From: an uncultured Planctomycetota bacterium
Lineage (GTDB): Bacteria; Planctomycetota; Planctomycetia; Pirellulales; Lacipirellulaceae
Reading direction: 5' to 3'
DNA: 64,000 nt
NCBI GenBank assembly: GCA_963719315.1
Contig: CAVRBU010000002.1
Span: forward strand, 608,001-672,000
Part shown: in pieces, positions 31,502-41,491 of the stretch
Position numbering within the stretch: position 1 is the stretch's first letter
Layout of the letters: each line of letters starts with the position of its first letter
Notes under the pieces: model-generated
What the model was told of the DNA's origin: nothing
The model's database searches: none
The model's input: only the letters and a program-made list of their open reading frames with translations
Position numbers and translations under genes: made by a program

Positions 31502-33595
31502 CTACTGAACGTCGTATCCGACGGGGCCGATCAGGCTGTTATCGGGCTGCGACGGCGCGGGTTGCACCTGCGACGATTGCGGGTTGTAGGATTTTAACGC
31601 ATTACGCATGAAAACCGGCTGGCGCTGCGGGCTGTACGGCCGTGGGGCCGTATAAGTCGGCATTCCGCCCTGCCCGATTTGTGGAGTCGTCGGTGTGAAG
31701 GGGTTTACCGGCTGAAAGGAGGAAGCGTCGTTCGGCGCCGGACCCTGCGTGGCATCGGCCGCGGGCTGATCGAAATTCGCCGACGGTCCGGCTTCGCCGG
31801 CTGGAGTCGTTGCATTCGCTTCTGACGGCAAGAATTGATCGTCTCCGACCACCGGTAGCGTGATGTCCTCCGGCTGGTTTTGAACGCCGGATTGAGGCGG
31901 CGTCGGCCCATCGGCGGGAGCTTGATTGGATCCGTTCTGCGGCCCGCTCTCCGGCGGTAGCGGCTCAACCTGTTGCGGTTGATCCGTCACGGTCGTTGGT
32001 GCGTTTGACGTGTCGTCGTAACCCGTGCCGCCGGGCAAGACCACGTTGCCGTTCAACATTGGCGCGGGCCCGGAATTCATTGGCATATTCCCCTGGCCGC
32101 TGTTGCACGACTGGCAACCACCGTTGCTATTGCAATCGTCGCAGCCGCAGGCGCTCAGGCTTTGCCGCGGATTGCAATAGGTGGGCACTTCCATTTGGCC
32201 ACCGCAGTACAGGCCGCGGTTGGTGGGCGATGTGGTGCACGTGCCGGGTCCGCCGTCGCACGCCAATTCGCCGGCATCGATCGGGTCGACGAACTCCGGC
32301 GTTACGATTACTAGTAACTCGATCTCGTTTACTTTGTCCCGCGTTCTTCGAAACGGCACGCCTATGACCGGCACGTCGGAAAGATACGGTAAACCGGTGC
32401 TCAGCGTTTCCGTTCGTTGCTGAATCAATCCGCCAAGAGCAAAGGTTTGGCCCGCTTTCATCTCGACGGCCGTATCTACCTGGCGGACGGTGAGCGCCGG
32501 GATGTTGTTTCCGTTTAGAATTACACTCAGCGTCGGGTCAACGTCGCTGATCCGCGGCCTCACCTCAAGGCGAATGTTTCCGTTCCCCAAGACGATTGGA
32601 ATAAAGTCCACTTGTGTTCCATACGGTTTGTACTCGATGCTGGTGGTCCCCAAACTCTGAGGTATCAAGACTGGGAATTCACCACCAGCTTGAAACTGTG
32701 CGGGTCGGCCGCTGATGGCCACGATGTTGGGCTCTGCCATGATCCGGGCAGCTCGGCATTCTTCGAGCGCATTGAGAAACGCTAGGAAGGAGCCATTGCC
32801 ATTGAATACACCAAACTGGAATGTCTGCCCTCCGCTTCCAATGGGCCCTCCCACCTTTACGAGATTGCCGCCATTGCTGATAATCGAGCCAGCAGGCTGC
32901 AGCAGCCCACTAACGTTCGACGCGGCGAGAATGCTTTGTCCGTTCAGCACCGCCCAGTCGACTCCCAAATCTCGCAGCTTTGTTCGCGAGACTTCCATCA
33001 CCTTGACTTTCAGGAGCACCTGCTGCACGCCGCCAACTGTAATGTTGTTGATCACCTTCGGGGCGTAGTCCTGGGCAAGCGCCATGATCGGGCTGATGTG
33101 GTCCGGCCGATCGACGAAGCCGGTTAGCACCAGGCTCTCGCTGTATCGATAGACCTTGATCGTGGCGTTCGGGAATTGTGTGTGCAGCGCGACCTGCAGC
33201 TCGCGGGCGTCGCCGTAGATTTGCACGTCGACCGAGTGGATGTTTCCGTCCTCGTCCCACAGATTGACCTGCGTGACACCCGCCTTCTTGGCGGAAATCT
33301 GCACCTGCGTGGCCGAGAGCGGCGTCACGGCCAGCAATTCGGGATTATTCACCTGCACGCGGGGAATGTTTTTATCGAGCGTCAGGATGCGACTGCTATT
33401 GGTCGTCAGCTCGAGCTTGTCGCTCAAGCCGCTGATCTTGCGAATGACCGACGAGGGGTCGGTGACCTGCGCGACCTGTGCCATCGCCGGCGCGGCGACG
33501 AACGCCCCCAGCGCAAGGACCACCGCGGTTGCGGTCGCCGTGACGAGAGCTGCGCGGCACGCGGAATAGCGGCGCGAGAGTTGGTTATCGTACAT
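31502..33595 (-). CDS. cpaC: Tad secretin CpaC/RcpA with Cys-rich and Pro/Gln-rich C-terminal extension
   Basis: QVLLKVKVMEVSR, AEPNI...SG-x-PA-x-F-x-AGGEFP, GQTFALGGL, PYLSDVPVIG, ELLVIVTP. Confidence 0.93.
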   Translation of the reverse strand: MYDNQLSRRYSACRAALVTATATAVVLALGAFVAAPAMAQVAQVTDPSSVIRKISGLSDKLELTTNSSRILTLDKNIPRVQVNNPELLAVTPLSATQVQISAKKAGVTQVNLWDEDGNIHSVDVQIYGDARELQVALHTQFPNATIKVYRYSESLVLTGFVDRPDHISPIMALAQDYAPKVINNITVGGVQQVLLKVKVMEVSRTKLRDLGVDWAVLNGQSILAASNVSGLLQPAGSIISNGGNLVKVGGPIGSGGQTFQFGVFNGNGSFLAFLNALEECRAARIMAEPNIVAISGRPAQFQAGGEFPVLIPQSLGTTSIEYKPYGTQVDFIPIVLGNGNIRLEVRPRISDVDPTLSVILNGNNIPALTVRQVDTAVEMKAGQTFALGGLIQQRTETLSTGLPYLSDVPVIGVPFRRTRDKVNEIELLVIVTPEFVDPIDAGELACDGGPGTCTTSPTNRGLYCGGQMEVPTYCNPRQSLSACGCDDCNSNGGCQSCNSGQGNMPMNSGPAPMLNGNVVLPGGTGYDDTSNAPTTVTDQPQQVEPLPPESGPQNGSNQAPADGPTPPQSGVQNQPEDITLPVVGDDQFLPSEANATTPAGEAGPSANFDQPAADATQGPAPNDASSFQPVNPFTPTTPQIGQGGMPTYTAPRPYSPQRQPVFMRNALKSYNPQSSQVQPAPSQPDNSLIGPVGYDVQ

Positions 33596-33695
33596 CCTTG
33601 TACTTCCCTTCGTGGTCGGGCGCGTCTTGCACGGCTACACTTCGCTGGGTCAAAATTCGTAGGGCGGGCGCCGCCCACCCTACCTGCTGCACGGG

Positions 33696-34760
33696 TTACT
33701 TCTTGCGGGCGTCGTTGAAATTGATCGGGAACTCTTCGAGCAAATCCGTTGCGTCGCTCTTATCGGTGTGCGCGGGCTCGTCGTTGCCGGCATCGCCCTT
33801 GTGCGGTTTGCCGGAGGCGTGCGGCGTCGGGCCGCCGGCGCCGGTCTGCTCCGCGATCGGGCGAACCGGCCGGCCCGTGTCGGCGTCGAACAGCACTTCG
33901 CGAACGTTCTGTGCTTCGACCACCTCCATCCGGTAGGGATCTTTTTTCGGCGTGTTGTCGATGGCGCTGACGAGCGAATCGCCAGCGCCAAGTCCATCGC
34001 CCTTGGCCGTTCCTTGTTCCATTTCGCGGTTATTTTTTTCGCTGCCCGCGAGCAGATCGTTGACCGTGTACTCCGGCAAATCGGTCGAGGCTTCATCGTC
34101 GGGATTCCGTGGAATCAAGCTGAGCTCGCCGATTTGTTCGGCCAACGAGAGCTTGCTCGCTTGCTCGGGCGTCAGCATCAACGATACGGTCTTGGCAATC
34201 GTCTTGTCTTCGCCGCCATCGGGCGAGCGCTGCACCGTCTGGTCAACGGCGAAAACGCGAATGTTTTGCAAAATGATTTTTGACTTCGCCATATCGACCC
34301 CGCTCCGCGCATCCTTCTTGACGAACAATTGCACGTCCACGCGATCGCCAGGGCCCAACAACCCGCCTGCGCTCTTTTCGGCGTCTACCGAGATCGTTTT
34401 CAGCCGCATGCCTTTTTGGATCGAACGGATCGGATCGGCGATCTGCCCGGCGGCGAGCAGTTTGCCTTCGAGAATCGGCTCCCCCTCGATGATCGCCGTA
34501 CGCGGCCGACGGCCCTGCAAGTCTTCCAGCTTGGAAATGGCGCCTCGCGGTGCTTTGTCCTTCGGCCATTCTTGCAGCGACAACATCGCCGCGTCGATCG
34601 GATCGCCCAGGTTGATATTGTGCAGCGCCACGTAAATGGGCACGGTCTGAATCTTGCCTTGCGAATTGGCGTTGCGATCCATCACCTGGCTGATGCCGAT
34701 CGAGGCTACCAAGCCGCAACCCAACGCGAGCGCTAACAACATGAGCGATTTCGGTCGCAT
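33696..34760 (-). CDS. cpaB: Flp pilus assembly protein CpaB/RcpC
   Basis: SAF domain, GMRLKTISVD...GLLGPGDRVDV, LQNIRVFAVDQ, VSLMLTPEQA. Confidence 0.95.
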   Translation of the reverse strand: MRPKSLMLLALALGCGLVASIGISQVMDRNANSQGKIQTVPIYVALHNINLGDPIDAAMLSLQEWPKDKAPRGAISKLEDLQGRRPRTAIIEGEPILEGKLLAAGQIADPIRSIQKGMRLKTISVDAEKSAGGLLGPGDRVDVQLFVKKDARSGVDMAKSKIILQNIRVFAVDQTVQRSPDGGEDKTIAKTVSLMLTPEQASKLSLAEQIGELSLIPRNPDDEASTDLPEYTVNDLLAGSEKNNREMEQGTAKGDGLGAGDSLVSAIDNTPKKDPYRMEVVEAQNVREVLFDADTGRPVRPIAEQTGAGGPTPHASGKPHKGDAGNDEPAHTDKSDATDLLEEFPINFNDARKK

Positions 34761-35079
34761 GATATCCCCCTAAGTTTCCGTGCGCCGCACATCCGGCAGG
34801 ATTTCCAGCCTGCCGTCAACGAGCACCAGCCAGTTCAGAAAGCCTGACGCACTCGGTAGCGACGCCGCAAACGGAACCTTGTCCGTTTCTTCGGCAAGTT
34901 CAGCAAATCCGTTTCAAGCAAATCCCCGCGCCTGCAAGGTCCCCGCAGCTTCGCGCGAAGCGACGGCAAAATGTCGCGAAGTGTCAATGATTGCTCAATT
35001 CTCCGCCGTGCTGGCAAGTAGCATCGCTTGCGCCTAACGGATTGGTCGCTTCAGCGTCTAGTCGCCTCCTGCTGCGGGC

Positions 35080-35655
35080 CTACATCAGCATTCCAGCCAC
35101 GGCGAAGTAGGCGATCGTGCCGATCGCAATAGGGATGCCGAAGGGCAACAGCATCATCGTCGGCTTCCGCTCGGCGGCAATCGCCGCCAGCTTTTCGGGG
35201 TCTTTGACGGTCAAAATTTCGTTGCAAATCATCCAGAACTGCGACTGGTGCTTGCCCCATTTGCGTTGGGAAAGGACCATCAGCACGGCGATGATACCGC
35301 CCACGACCGCCGATACGACAAACGCATACAGCGTTACGGTGCCCCATACCCAGGCGCCGACGCCGGCCAGCAATTTCACGTCGCCAGCTCCCATCCCGCC
35401 GATCGCGTAGAGCGGCATCAGCAGCGCGAGGCCGACCACCGTGCCGACGAGGCTGAACATCAGCCCTTCCCAGCCGGCGTACGGCGAAAACGCCGCGCTG
35501 TAAATCCAGCCGGAAATGATCATCGGAAACGTGATCCAGTTCGGCACTTTGAGCTTCAGGCCGTCGATGACGGCGGCCACGACCAGCGTAATCGTGACGA
35601 ACCAGACCGGCCAGTTATCGGTGAAGGAGCGAGCAATGTCGTGAGAGGTGAGCAT
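35080..35655 (-). CDS. cpaA: Prepilin peptidase CpaA/TadV (A24)
   Basis: D-x4-KVPNWIT, GGMGAGDVKL, PFGIPIAIG. Confidence 0.93.
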   Translation of the reverse strand: MLTSHDIARSFTDNWPVWFVTITLVVAAVIDGLKLKVPNWITFPMIISGWIYSAAFSPYAGWEGLMFSLVGTVVGLALLMPLYAIGGMGAGDVKLLAGVGAWVWGTVTLYAFVVSAVVGGIIAVLMVLSQRKWGKHQSQFWMICNEILTVKDPEKLAAIAAERKPTMMLLPFGIPIAIGTIAYFAVAGMLM

Positions 35656-35675
35656 GTTTTTGACCCAATCAATCT

Positions 35676-35737
35676 GTAGGGTGGGCACTGCCCACCGCGT
35701 TGTGCAATTGTCGAATGGTGGGTGGCGCTCACCCTAC
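35676..35737. repeat. GTAG REP pair (related copy at 33659-33683)
   Basis: gtagggtgggcactgcccacc ... ggtgggtggcgctcaccctac. Confidence 0.8.
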
Positions 35738-35754
35738 AGTGCTACGGCCGAATG

Positions 35755-35862
35755 TTACGCTCGGGCCGCGAAGAACAATGTAAAGGCAACGCCAACGGCT
35801 GTGCAAAAGTAGCACACCATTTCGACGGCGGTCATCACTAGCTCGTGAGATAATATGGGCAT
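35755..35862 (-). CDS. Candidate 35-aa hydrophobic microprotein between flp and cpaA
   Basis: MPILSHELVMTAVEMVCYFCTAVGVAFTLFFAARA; co-oriented with the tad operon; no strong RBS seen. Confidence 0.4.
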   Translation of the reverse strand: MPILSHELVMTAVEMVCYFCTAVGVAFTLFFAARA

Positions 35863-36020
35863 TGCTTTTGGGACTCGCGGTTTGTAACGGTTAGCGCCGT
35901 CGCAGCGGAAGCGCCTTCTTTGAAAGCTTAGGTCACAAAAAGGGGCGAGGAGCGAGATTCGAGGAACGAGAACAGAAGCATAATTCTCGCACCTCTTTCA
36001 ATGCACCTGTCCGCTCCACG

Positions 36021-36053
36021 AAAAAACCCCTCGGCAGCGAACTGCCGAGGGGT
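36021..36053 (-). terminator. Intrinsic terminator downstream of flp
   Basis: Minus strand cccctcggcag-ttcg-ctgccgagggg-tttttt. Confidence 0.9.
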
Positions 36054-36102
36054 GTCTGTTTCACATTAGCAAGTAGGGCATAGGCCCGTACCGGCAGGTC
36101 GA

Positions 36103-36276
36103 TTAACCGAGCTCACCCGCAACATTTTCGAACGTGGCGTTCGCGTTCGTACCGATCGAACGAATGGCGGTCAAGCACACGATCACGATCAACGCCAGCA
36201 TAACGGCGTATTCGACCGCGGTGGGACCATCTTCCGAGGCGAGGAAACGTTGTACCTTCACAGCAAGACTCTTCAT
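36103..36276 (-). CDS. flp: Major Flp pilin (57 aa; absent from ORF track)
   Basis: ggagga RBS; MKSLAVKVQRFLASEDG/PTAVEYAVMLALIVIVCLTAIRSIGTNANATFENVAGELG. Confidence 0.96.
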   Translation of the reverse strand: MKSLAVKVQRFLASEDGPTAVEYAVMLALIVIVCLTAIRSIGTNANATFENVAGELG

Positions 36277-36552
36277 AGCATCCTCCGGTTCTCGGGCGGA
36301 CCTGTTTAGGTCATACCCTATTAGGTTGACGGGAACTGTAGTTGCTCCCGATAACTGGCCTCCCCGACTGCGAGCCGCAAACCACCCTTCGAGTGGCGTG
36401 CAACTGGGCCTGCAGTGCGCGGTCGTGAAGGCCTACCAAAAACGTGGAGTACTGCGACAATCAACCTCGCGTTGGCACGGAAAAATCCGCTTGTTTCGCT
36501 CGCAGCGGCCGCCCGGGCAATGCCCAAACGATCGCCGGTTCGCGACTGCCAA

Positions 36553-36642
36553 CATCCTTTCGGCAACCTGGCTACCGGCCAATAATGACCAGCCCTTGGT
36601 TTTGCGCCCCAGCCTTGCGACTGGTTTGCCTTTTCGAGGATG
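36553..36642 (-). promoter_or_regulatory. Cyclic-di-GMP-I (GEMM) riboswitch upstream of flp/tad operon
   Basis: Minus strand AAGGCAAACCAGUC-GCAA-GGCUGGGGCGCAAAACCAAGGGCU...GGUAGCCAGGUUGCCGAA, with GNRA tetraloop and P1 closure uccucg/cgaaagga. Confidence 0.9.
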
Positions 36643-36688
36643 ATGACGCTGCAGGCCCTTGTTTACACGGAACGCCGCTTCGTCTCAC

Positions 36689-36746
36689 GTAGGTCGGGCT
36701 TCAGCCCGACGATCGATGAGGTTTGTCGAGCTGAAGCCCGACCTAC
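36689..36746. repeat. GTAG REP pair
   Basis: gtaggtcgggcttcagcccgac ... gtcgagctgaagcccgacctac. Confidence 0.85.
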
Positions 36747-36896
36747 GGATCGGAAGAAAAGTTTCGCGTGGCTCACTCCCTTGCGGGAACTCACCAAGGG
36801 ACCGACGTTTTCACGTCATGTCTCCACCGCAAACCTATGTCAACTTCGCTCGAAGTCAAACGGCCGACTTGAGCCAAAACAAAAATCTTCCAAATG

Positions 36897-38268
36897 TTAC
36901 GGTGTTAGCACGTCAGCGGCCGCAATATCGTTGCAATCGGGCTTAACGTTGCTGTGCTTCACATGGCCGTTTGCGCCGGCAAGGCCGGCGGGCAAACCCC
37001 AAAACCGCACCATGCTGGCCGGCGTTTCTGCCGGTCGTAACAGGCGCAATGGATCGACTTCCTGCGGGCTGTATCCGAAGACGACCGGAATGCCGCGGCT
37101 GCAGTGCCGCGACCACACGCTCAGAGTGTACGCCCCCACGTCGCGGATCACTATCCAGTCGCCGGGTTCAATCGGCGGCAAGAGAATCTCACGAGCCAAT
37201 AGATCGCCCGCGAAGCAGAGTGGCCCGGCAATGGTTACGCGGGTCGGCGCTCCCGTTTTCGGCACACCGCGGCGATCTAGCACGAAGAACTCGTGCATCC
37301 AATCATCGGGCCGATAAACGGGACGCAGCAGAAAATCGGCGCCCAGGTGGATGACCGCCAGCCGCTGCTCCGGCTTGACGTACTCAACCCGGCTGACGGC
37401 GATCCCACAATTCGCGTGAATGGCTCGGCCAAACTCGGTGATCAGCCGCACGTTGGATGTGAACAAATCCGGCGACCACTCTTCGAGCAGCCTGCGATAC
37501 TCGGCGGTTGTCGGGGCCACATCGCCAGTGCGATAGACGGTCGGCAACCCGCCGCCGATATCCACGATCGGAACACAATTGCCGGTTGTGGCGATAATCT
37601 CGCGTCGCAGTGCCGCAATTCGCTCCACGGCATCGGCGAGCAGCGTTAATTGACAACCTTGAGAACCCGCATGGACGTGCAAGCCATTCAGCCAGGCATG
37701 TTCTGCAAAGGCGGCGATGATCCTAGGCCGCTCCGGCAGCAACGGCACGCCGAACTTAGAGCCCGCCACCGAAACGCTCGTCTGCTGAATGCCGCCTCCG
37801 CCCACCATCGGATTCACTCGCAGGCCGATCGGCGAAGTCGAGTGGCACGAAGTGTCGCGCGGCGGCAATCCGCTCCAGCTCAGCGAAATTGTCGACATTC
37901 AGATACACGCCCAAGCGGAGCGCGTGGGCGATTTCGTCGATCGTTTTTGCCGGCGAATCGAAGATCACGCGCTCCGCGGGGCAGCCGGCGGCGAGTGCCA
38001 ACTCAACTTCTTCAATACTCGCGGCTTCGAGCCCGGCCCCCGTTCGAACGACCTCGCGGAGCACTTCCACCAGGGGATTCGCCTTGATGGCGATCGCGTG
38101 CAGTGTCGAAACAGGAAAATCCGCCTGTAGCGCGGCGATCCGCGTCCGCATGAGGCCGAAATGATGAAAAATGGCCGACGTGGCGCCAGCCAATAGTGCA
38201 CAGCGCTGGGCGGCTTGAACGATTGTGGCCGCTTCTTGCAGGGTTAGCCGATGATTGAAGACGTCCAT
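36897..38268 (-). CDS. Group IV PLP decarboxylase (DAP/ornithine-decarboxylase-like); frameshift near 37857
   Basis: AIKANP (PLP Lys), EAAS-x-x-E, FDSPAKT, LRVNP, SKFGV, HVHAGSQ, DIGGG, EFGR, GPLCFAGD, DVGAY across two frames. Confidence 0.88.
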
Positions 38269-38298
38269 ATTGCTATTTCGGCAGTTGAAACTTTGTCG

Positions 38299-39869
38299 TC
38301 AGCCGTCCGCTACCAGCAAATCGATCTCCTGGTGGCTGATGGCTGACGTCTGATGGCCCTCCGCCAGGCAATCGATTTTTTGGCGTAAACCAACGAGCTG
38401 GTCGCGGAGCCAGTCCAAGCGATCCCCAAACGACTCGCCGATGCTCCGATCGGTTGCGACGCGCGTGATCAATTCGCCGCCGAGAGCCACTCGCAGCACG
38501 CAACCTGCAGGCCCCAGGGCAACCGGTTGCCCGATGTGGTATTCGCGCGATACGGTCTCTCGATCGAGGCCGCGGTGCTTGGCGGAAAGGTCGGTGGCGA
38601 GGTCGCGGTGCATTTTTCTAAGTTCCGCCTGGCCGAGTGTTTGCCGTTTACCCGGCGAAGTCACCCAGAATCCAAACACGGTGGTCTTGGATTCCAACAA
38701 CCGCTCGGCCGTGTCGTCGTATACAGGTGGAAACACAGGCAGCATGCGAATCGTGCTGGTCTCGCTCAGTATTCGGGCGCCTCGGCCTCGAAGAACCGCA
38801 GTACCCGCAGGCGAGCGCCGTTCGGAACGCGGTAGTATGTGTCCATTTCGGCGATGGCGGCCGACCATCGCAGTAGCAGGCCGTAGTTTGGCCGATCGGG
38901 CAACGATCGCCGGAGTTCAGGCCAGCTCTCGGGAAGTTCGCCCGCCGTAAAATAGTCTCGGAACCCGGCCGGAAGGGCATGAAGTTGCCGCCTGGTCGGA
39001 TGGAATTTTGGCGGCACCAACAGCGCCCCGGAAAACGGCGGGCCTCCGTAAAACTTGGAGCCCGTGAACATCACGAGATAATCTTTTTGCAGAACATCGC
39101 GTAATCCGCGCCGGCTAAACCGCCCCTGCGCGGCGTCGACGACCACGACCACGTCGTCGCTGATCTGCCTCAACCGTTCGATGCATGCCAGGCTCGGCGC
39201 GTGGACGCCCGTTTTGCTGTGTGCCACGATGTGGAGCAGGACGATGGCGTCTGCTTCGCTCGCCTCGATCACGAGTTCGATTGCCGCCGCGTCAATTTCT
39301 GACTCGGCTAGCATTTGTCCGCCGGCCGTGCGCAATTCGACGGTTTTGACGTCCGTTAATGAGGCCAGTCGTTGGTCGATGGGCTCGCCGACAACGACTT
39401 GCCGCCCGTTCGGCGTAAGACGGTCGTAGTGTCGGCAGGCCGCTGCCAATGGCGTGCCGCTGCCGACTTCCCCGGGGCCAACGACGATGTTCACAATCGG
39501 GCGATCGGCATTTCCGGCAGCCAACGCAAGCGCCATGAACTCTACGTCGGTCCCCGATGGGGCGAGCGCGATCTCAACGCCCGTAGGCAGCGTGAGCAAC
39601 TCCCGCAACCGCTGCCGCACCGTGCTGGCGTATGCAGTCGCGGCGGCATGCGAGTCGTCCGCGCCGAAAATCGTGCGGTGCGTATCCAGAGCGGCGGCGA
39701 AGCCTCGCTGCGAAACCGAAGAGCTCGTACACGATCCAAAGGGCACGGCCGCGCCTGGCCGCGGCAGGCACTCGTAGCGGTTTCGTCCCGTCCCGGCATC
39801 TACGTCCAGCCGAGTGTCGCCACCCAACGTCAGGACCTGTTCCAATGGTGAGCAAAGTGGCGGTATCAA
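38299..39869 (-). CDS. Uncharacterised fold-type I PLP-dependent enzyme; frameshift near 38777
   Basis: PSGTD, VVVDAAQ, FTGSKFYGGPPFSGALL are class-V-aminotransferase-like PLP motifs; C-terminus continues in the 38299-38868 frame (YHIGQPV...LRVALG). Confidence 0.75.
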
Positions 39870-39926
39870 GGATGACTCCCGGTTGACATTTGTCGGGCCG
39901 TCCGAACTTTGAACTTAGCGACTCGG

Positions 39927-41189
39927 TCAGGCCGAACCCGACGCACATAACTGCTCGTTCTCCTCGCGAACCGTGGCCGTGGCAGCGCTCGCTTGTTGAG
40001 GCCTCGTCAATTGGGACAGGTTTGCCCGCAGCCGCTCGCGCATCCGCTCCTTGGCCTTGTTCTTTCGCGCCTTTTTGGATTCCATAGCTTTCTTGGCGAA
40101 GTCCAGGTACCGGCCTTGCAGCAGTCCGGTATCGAAACAAAGTTGCTCCATGATGGGATCGCCGCCATCGCCCTCGAGCTCGACGAGCACCGGCCCGCCG
40201 TCGCTGAGCGCCACGTCCCAACCTTGGAAGTGGCAGGACGGAACCGCTGCCGCGCCGCGCATGACGATGTCGCGCATCTGCTCCCATTCGGGAAATACGA
40301 GGCCGGCGAACTTCGCACCCGTTTTGGGATGTTCTGGGACGACCTCGGTACCATTGCTCGTGCGCCGCAGAACGCGAGCGACCCGACCCGTGGCCACGTC
40401 CAAACCACCCAGCATGTTGCCAGCTCGCCAGAAGTTGTCGGCCACCGACTCACCGCTGGGAATTTTCCAGGCGGCCCGCAACAGCGACGGTCCATCGTCG
40501 TCGACCAGGACAAACATCCGCACGGTGCTGATCTGATCGCCAACCACGTCGGCGATCGCGGGGTGCGGCGTCAGGCGGGTTTGAAACAGATAGCCGCCCT
40601 CGGCGAATTTCTCGACCTCGCCCGCAAATTCGCTGACGGGCACGCGTCGCCCTCGTTTGGTGACGATGCAGTCGTCGCTACTGTCGTATCGCTCGATGTT
40701 TGCGACGCCCAAGCTGCACATCTTGTTCGTCGGCTTGCCGAACAGCGGGTAGTCAGCTTGCTGTCGCAAGAATCGCTCGACATCGGCCTTGCTGCGGAGC
40801 GTCATCGCGCCCGGGAACGTGCGGTCCCGATGGCGCATCGCCTGCGTTTCGGGAATCGGCAAGTCGTGGCCGCGCAGACGCGCCGTGAACGTGGGTTTGT
40901 CGTTGGCAATCTCCGGCCAAGGCATGGCCAGCGCTCCGAGCAGTTGGGCAAGCTGGTCGGTGCCCAAAAATGTCTTTTTCGCCTCGTTTGGGAAGCGCGC
41001 GTCGTCGTACAGCCGGTACAGGAAGTACTCACTGGGTTGAAGCCGACCCGGTCCCCAACCGAGGGCCGCAACGTCGCGAATCAGGCCGCCGAAACCTTTT
41101 CCCGATGCAAAGGCTTCGCGCAGCCATTCGAGATATTTCAGCCCTGTGTCGTCCTTTTTTGTATCGAGTGCAAAACCTGTACTTGTCAT
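39927..41189 (-). CDS. Sugar-transfer-associated ATP-grasp ligase (ATPgrasp_ST-like)
   Basis: EYFLYRLY, NDK, LPIPET, LFGKP, YLFQ...PHP, STVR, ADNFWRAGN, GWDVALS-x-x-GPVLVE. Confidence 0.85.
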   Translation of the reverse strand: MTSTGFALDTKKDDTGLKYLEWLREAFASGKGFGGLIRDVAALGWGPGRLQPSEYFLYRLYDDARFPNEAKKTFLGTDQLAQLLGALAMPWPEIANDKPTFTARLRGHDLPIPETQAMRHRDRTFPGAMTLRSKADVERFLRQQADYPLFGKPTNKMCSLGVANIERYDSSDDCIVTKRGRRVPVSEFAGEVEKFAEGGYLFQTRLTPHPAIADVVGDQISTVRMFVLVDDDGPSLLRAAWKIPSGESVADNFWRAGNMLGGLDVATGRVARVLRRTSNGTEVVPEHPKTGAKFAGLVFPEWEQMRDIVMRGAAAVPSCHFQGWDVALSDGGPVLVELEGDGGDPIMEQLCFDTGLLQGRYLDFAKKAMESKKARKNKAKERMRERLRANLSQLTRPQQASAATATVREENEQLCASGSA

Positions 41190-41491
41190 CTCCCACCTCG
41201 CCTGGACTGGTTGCGGACTTACCTGTCAGAAAGTCTAGGTCCGTGCGCCGCCGAGGCTGGGAAAACCGTGATTTGCCATTTGCATCCCCCTGTGGCCAGG
41301 CAAGATGCTGGTTCGCATTAAGCGGATCGCACCGATCGAAGCACGCTACAACCGCTTGGGTCGGTCGTAACGATAATCCCGAAACCGCGCATTGTGCGGG
41401 TTGTGCGGGTGCCTCAGGGAGCTGGGTGCAACAAGACGCTGTCGAAAGCATAGAGTGGCACAAAGAATTCACGCCAGCAGTGCGGCTTCGA

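Noticed and set aside
36472..36492. TTGGCACG as a sigma54 promoter
   Set aside because: No correctly spaced -12 TTGC, and it faces away from flp.
39993..41321. Long antisense ORFs (this 442-aa one, 22543-23487, 43076-43963 and others)
   Set aside because: Shadow ORFs opposite well-supported genes, as expected in GC-rich DNA.
41200..41490. RiPP precursor upstream of the ATP-grasp gene
   Set aside because: No convincing short ORF with RBS or repeated core motif seen, and the ligase looks ST-type rather than graspetide-type.
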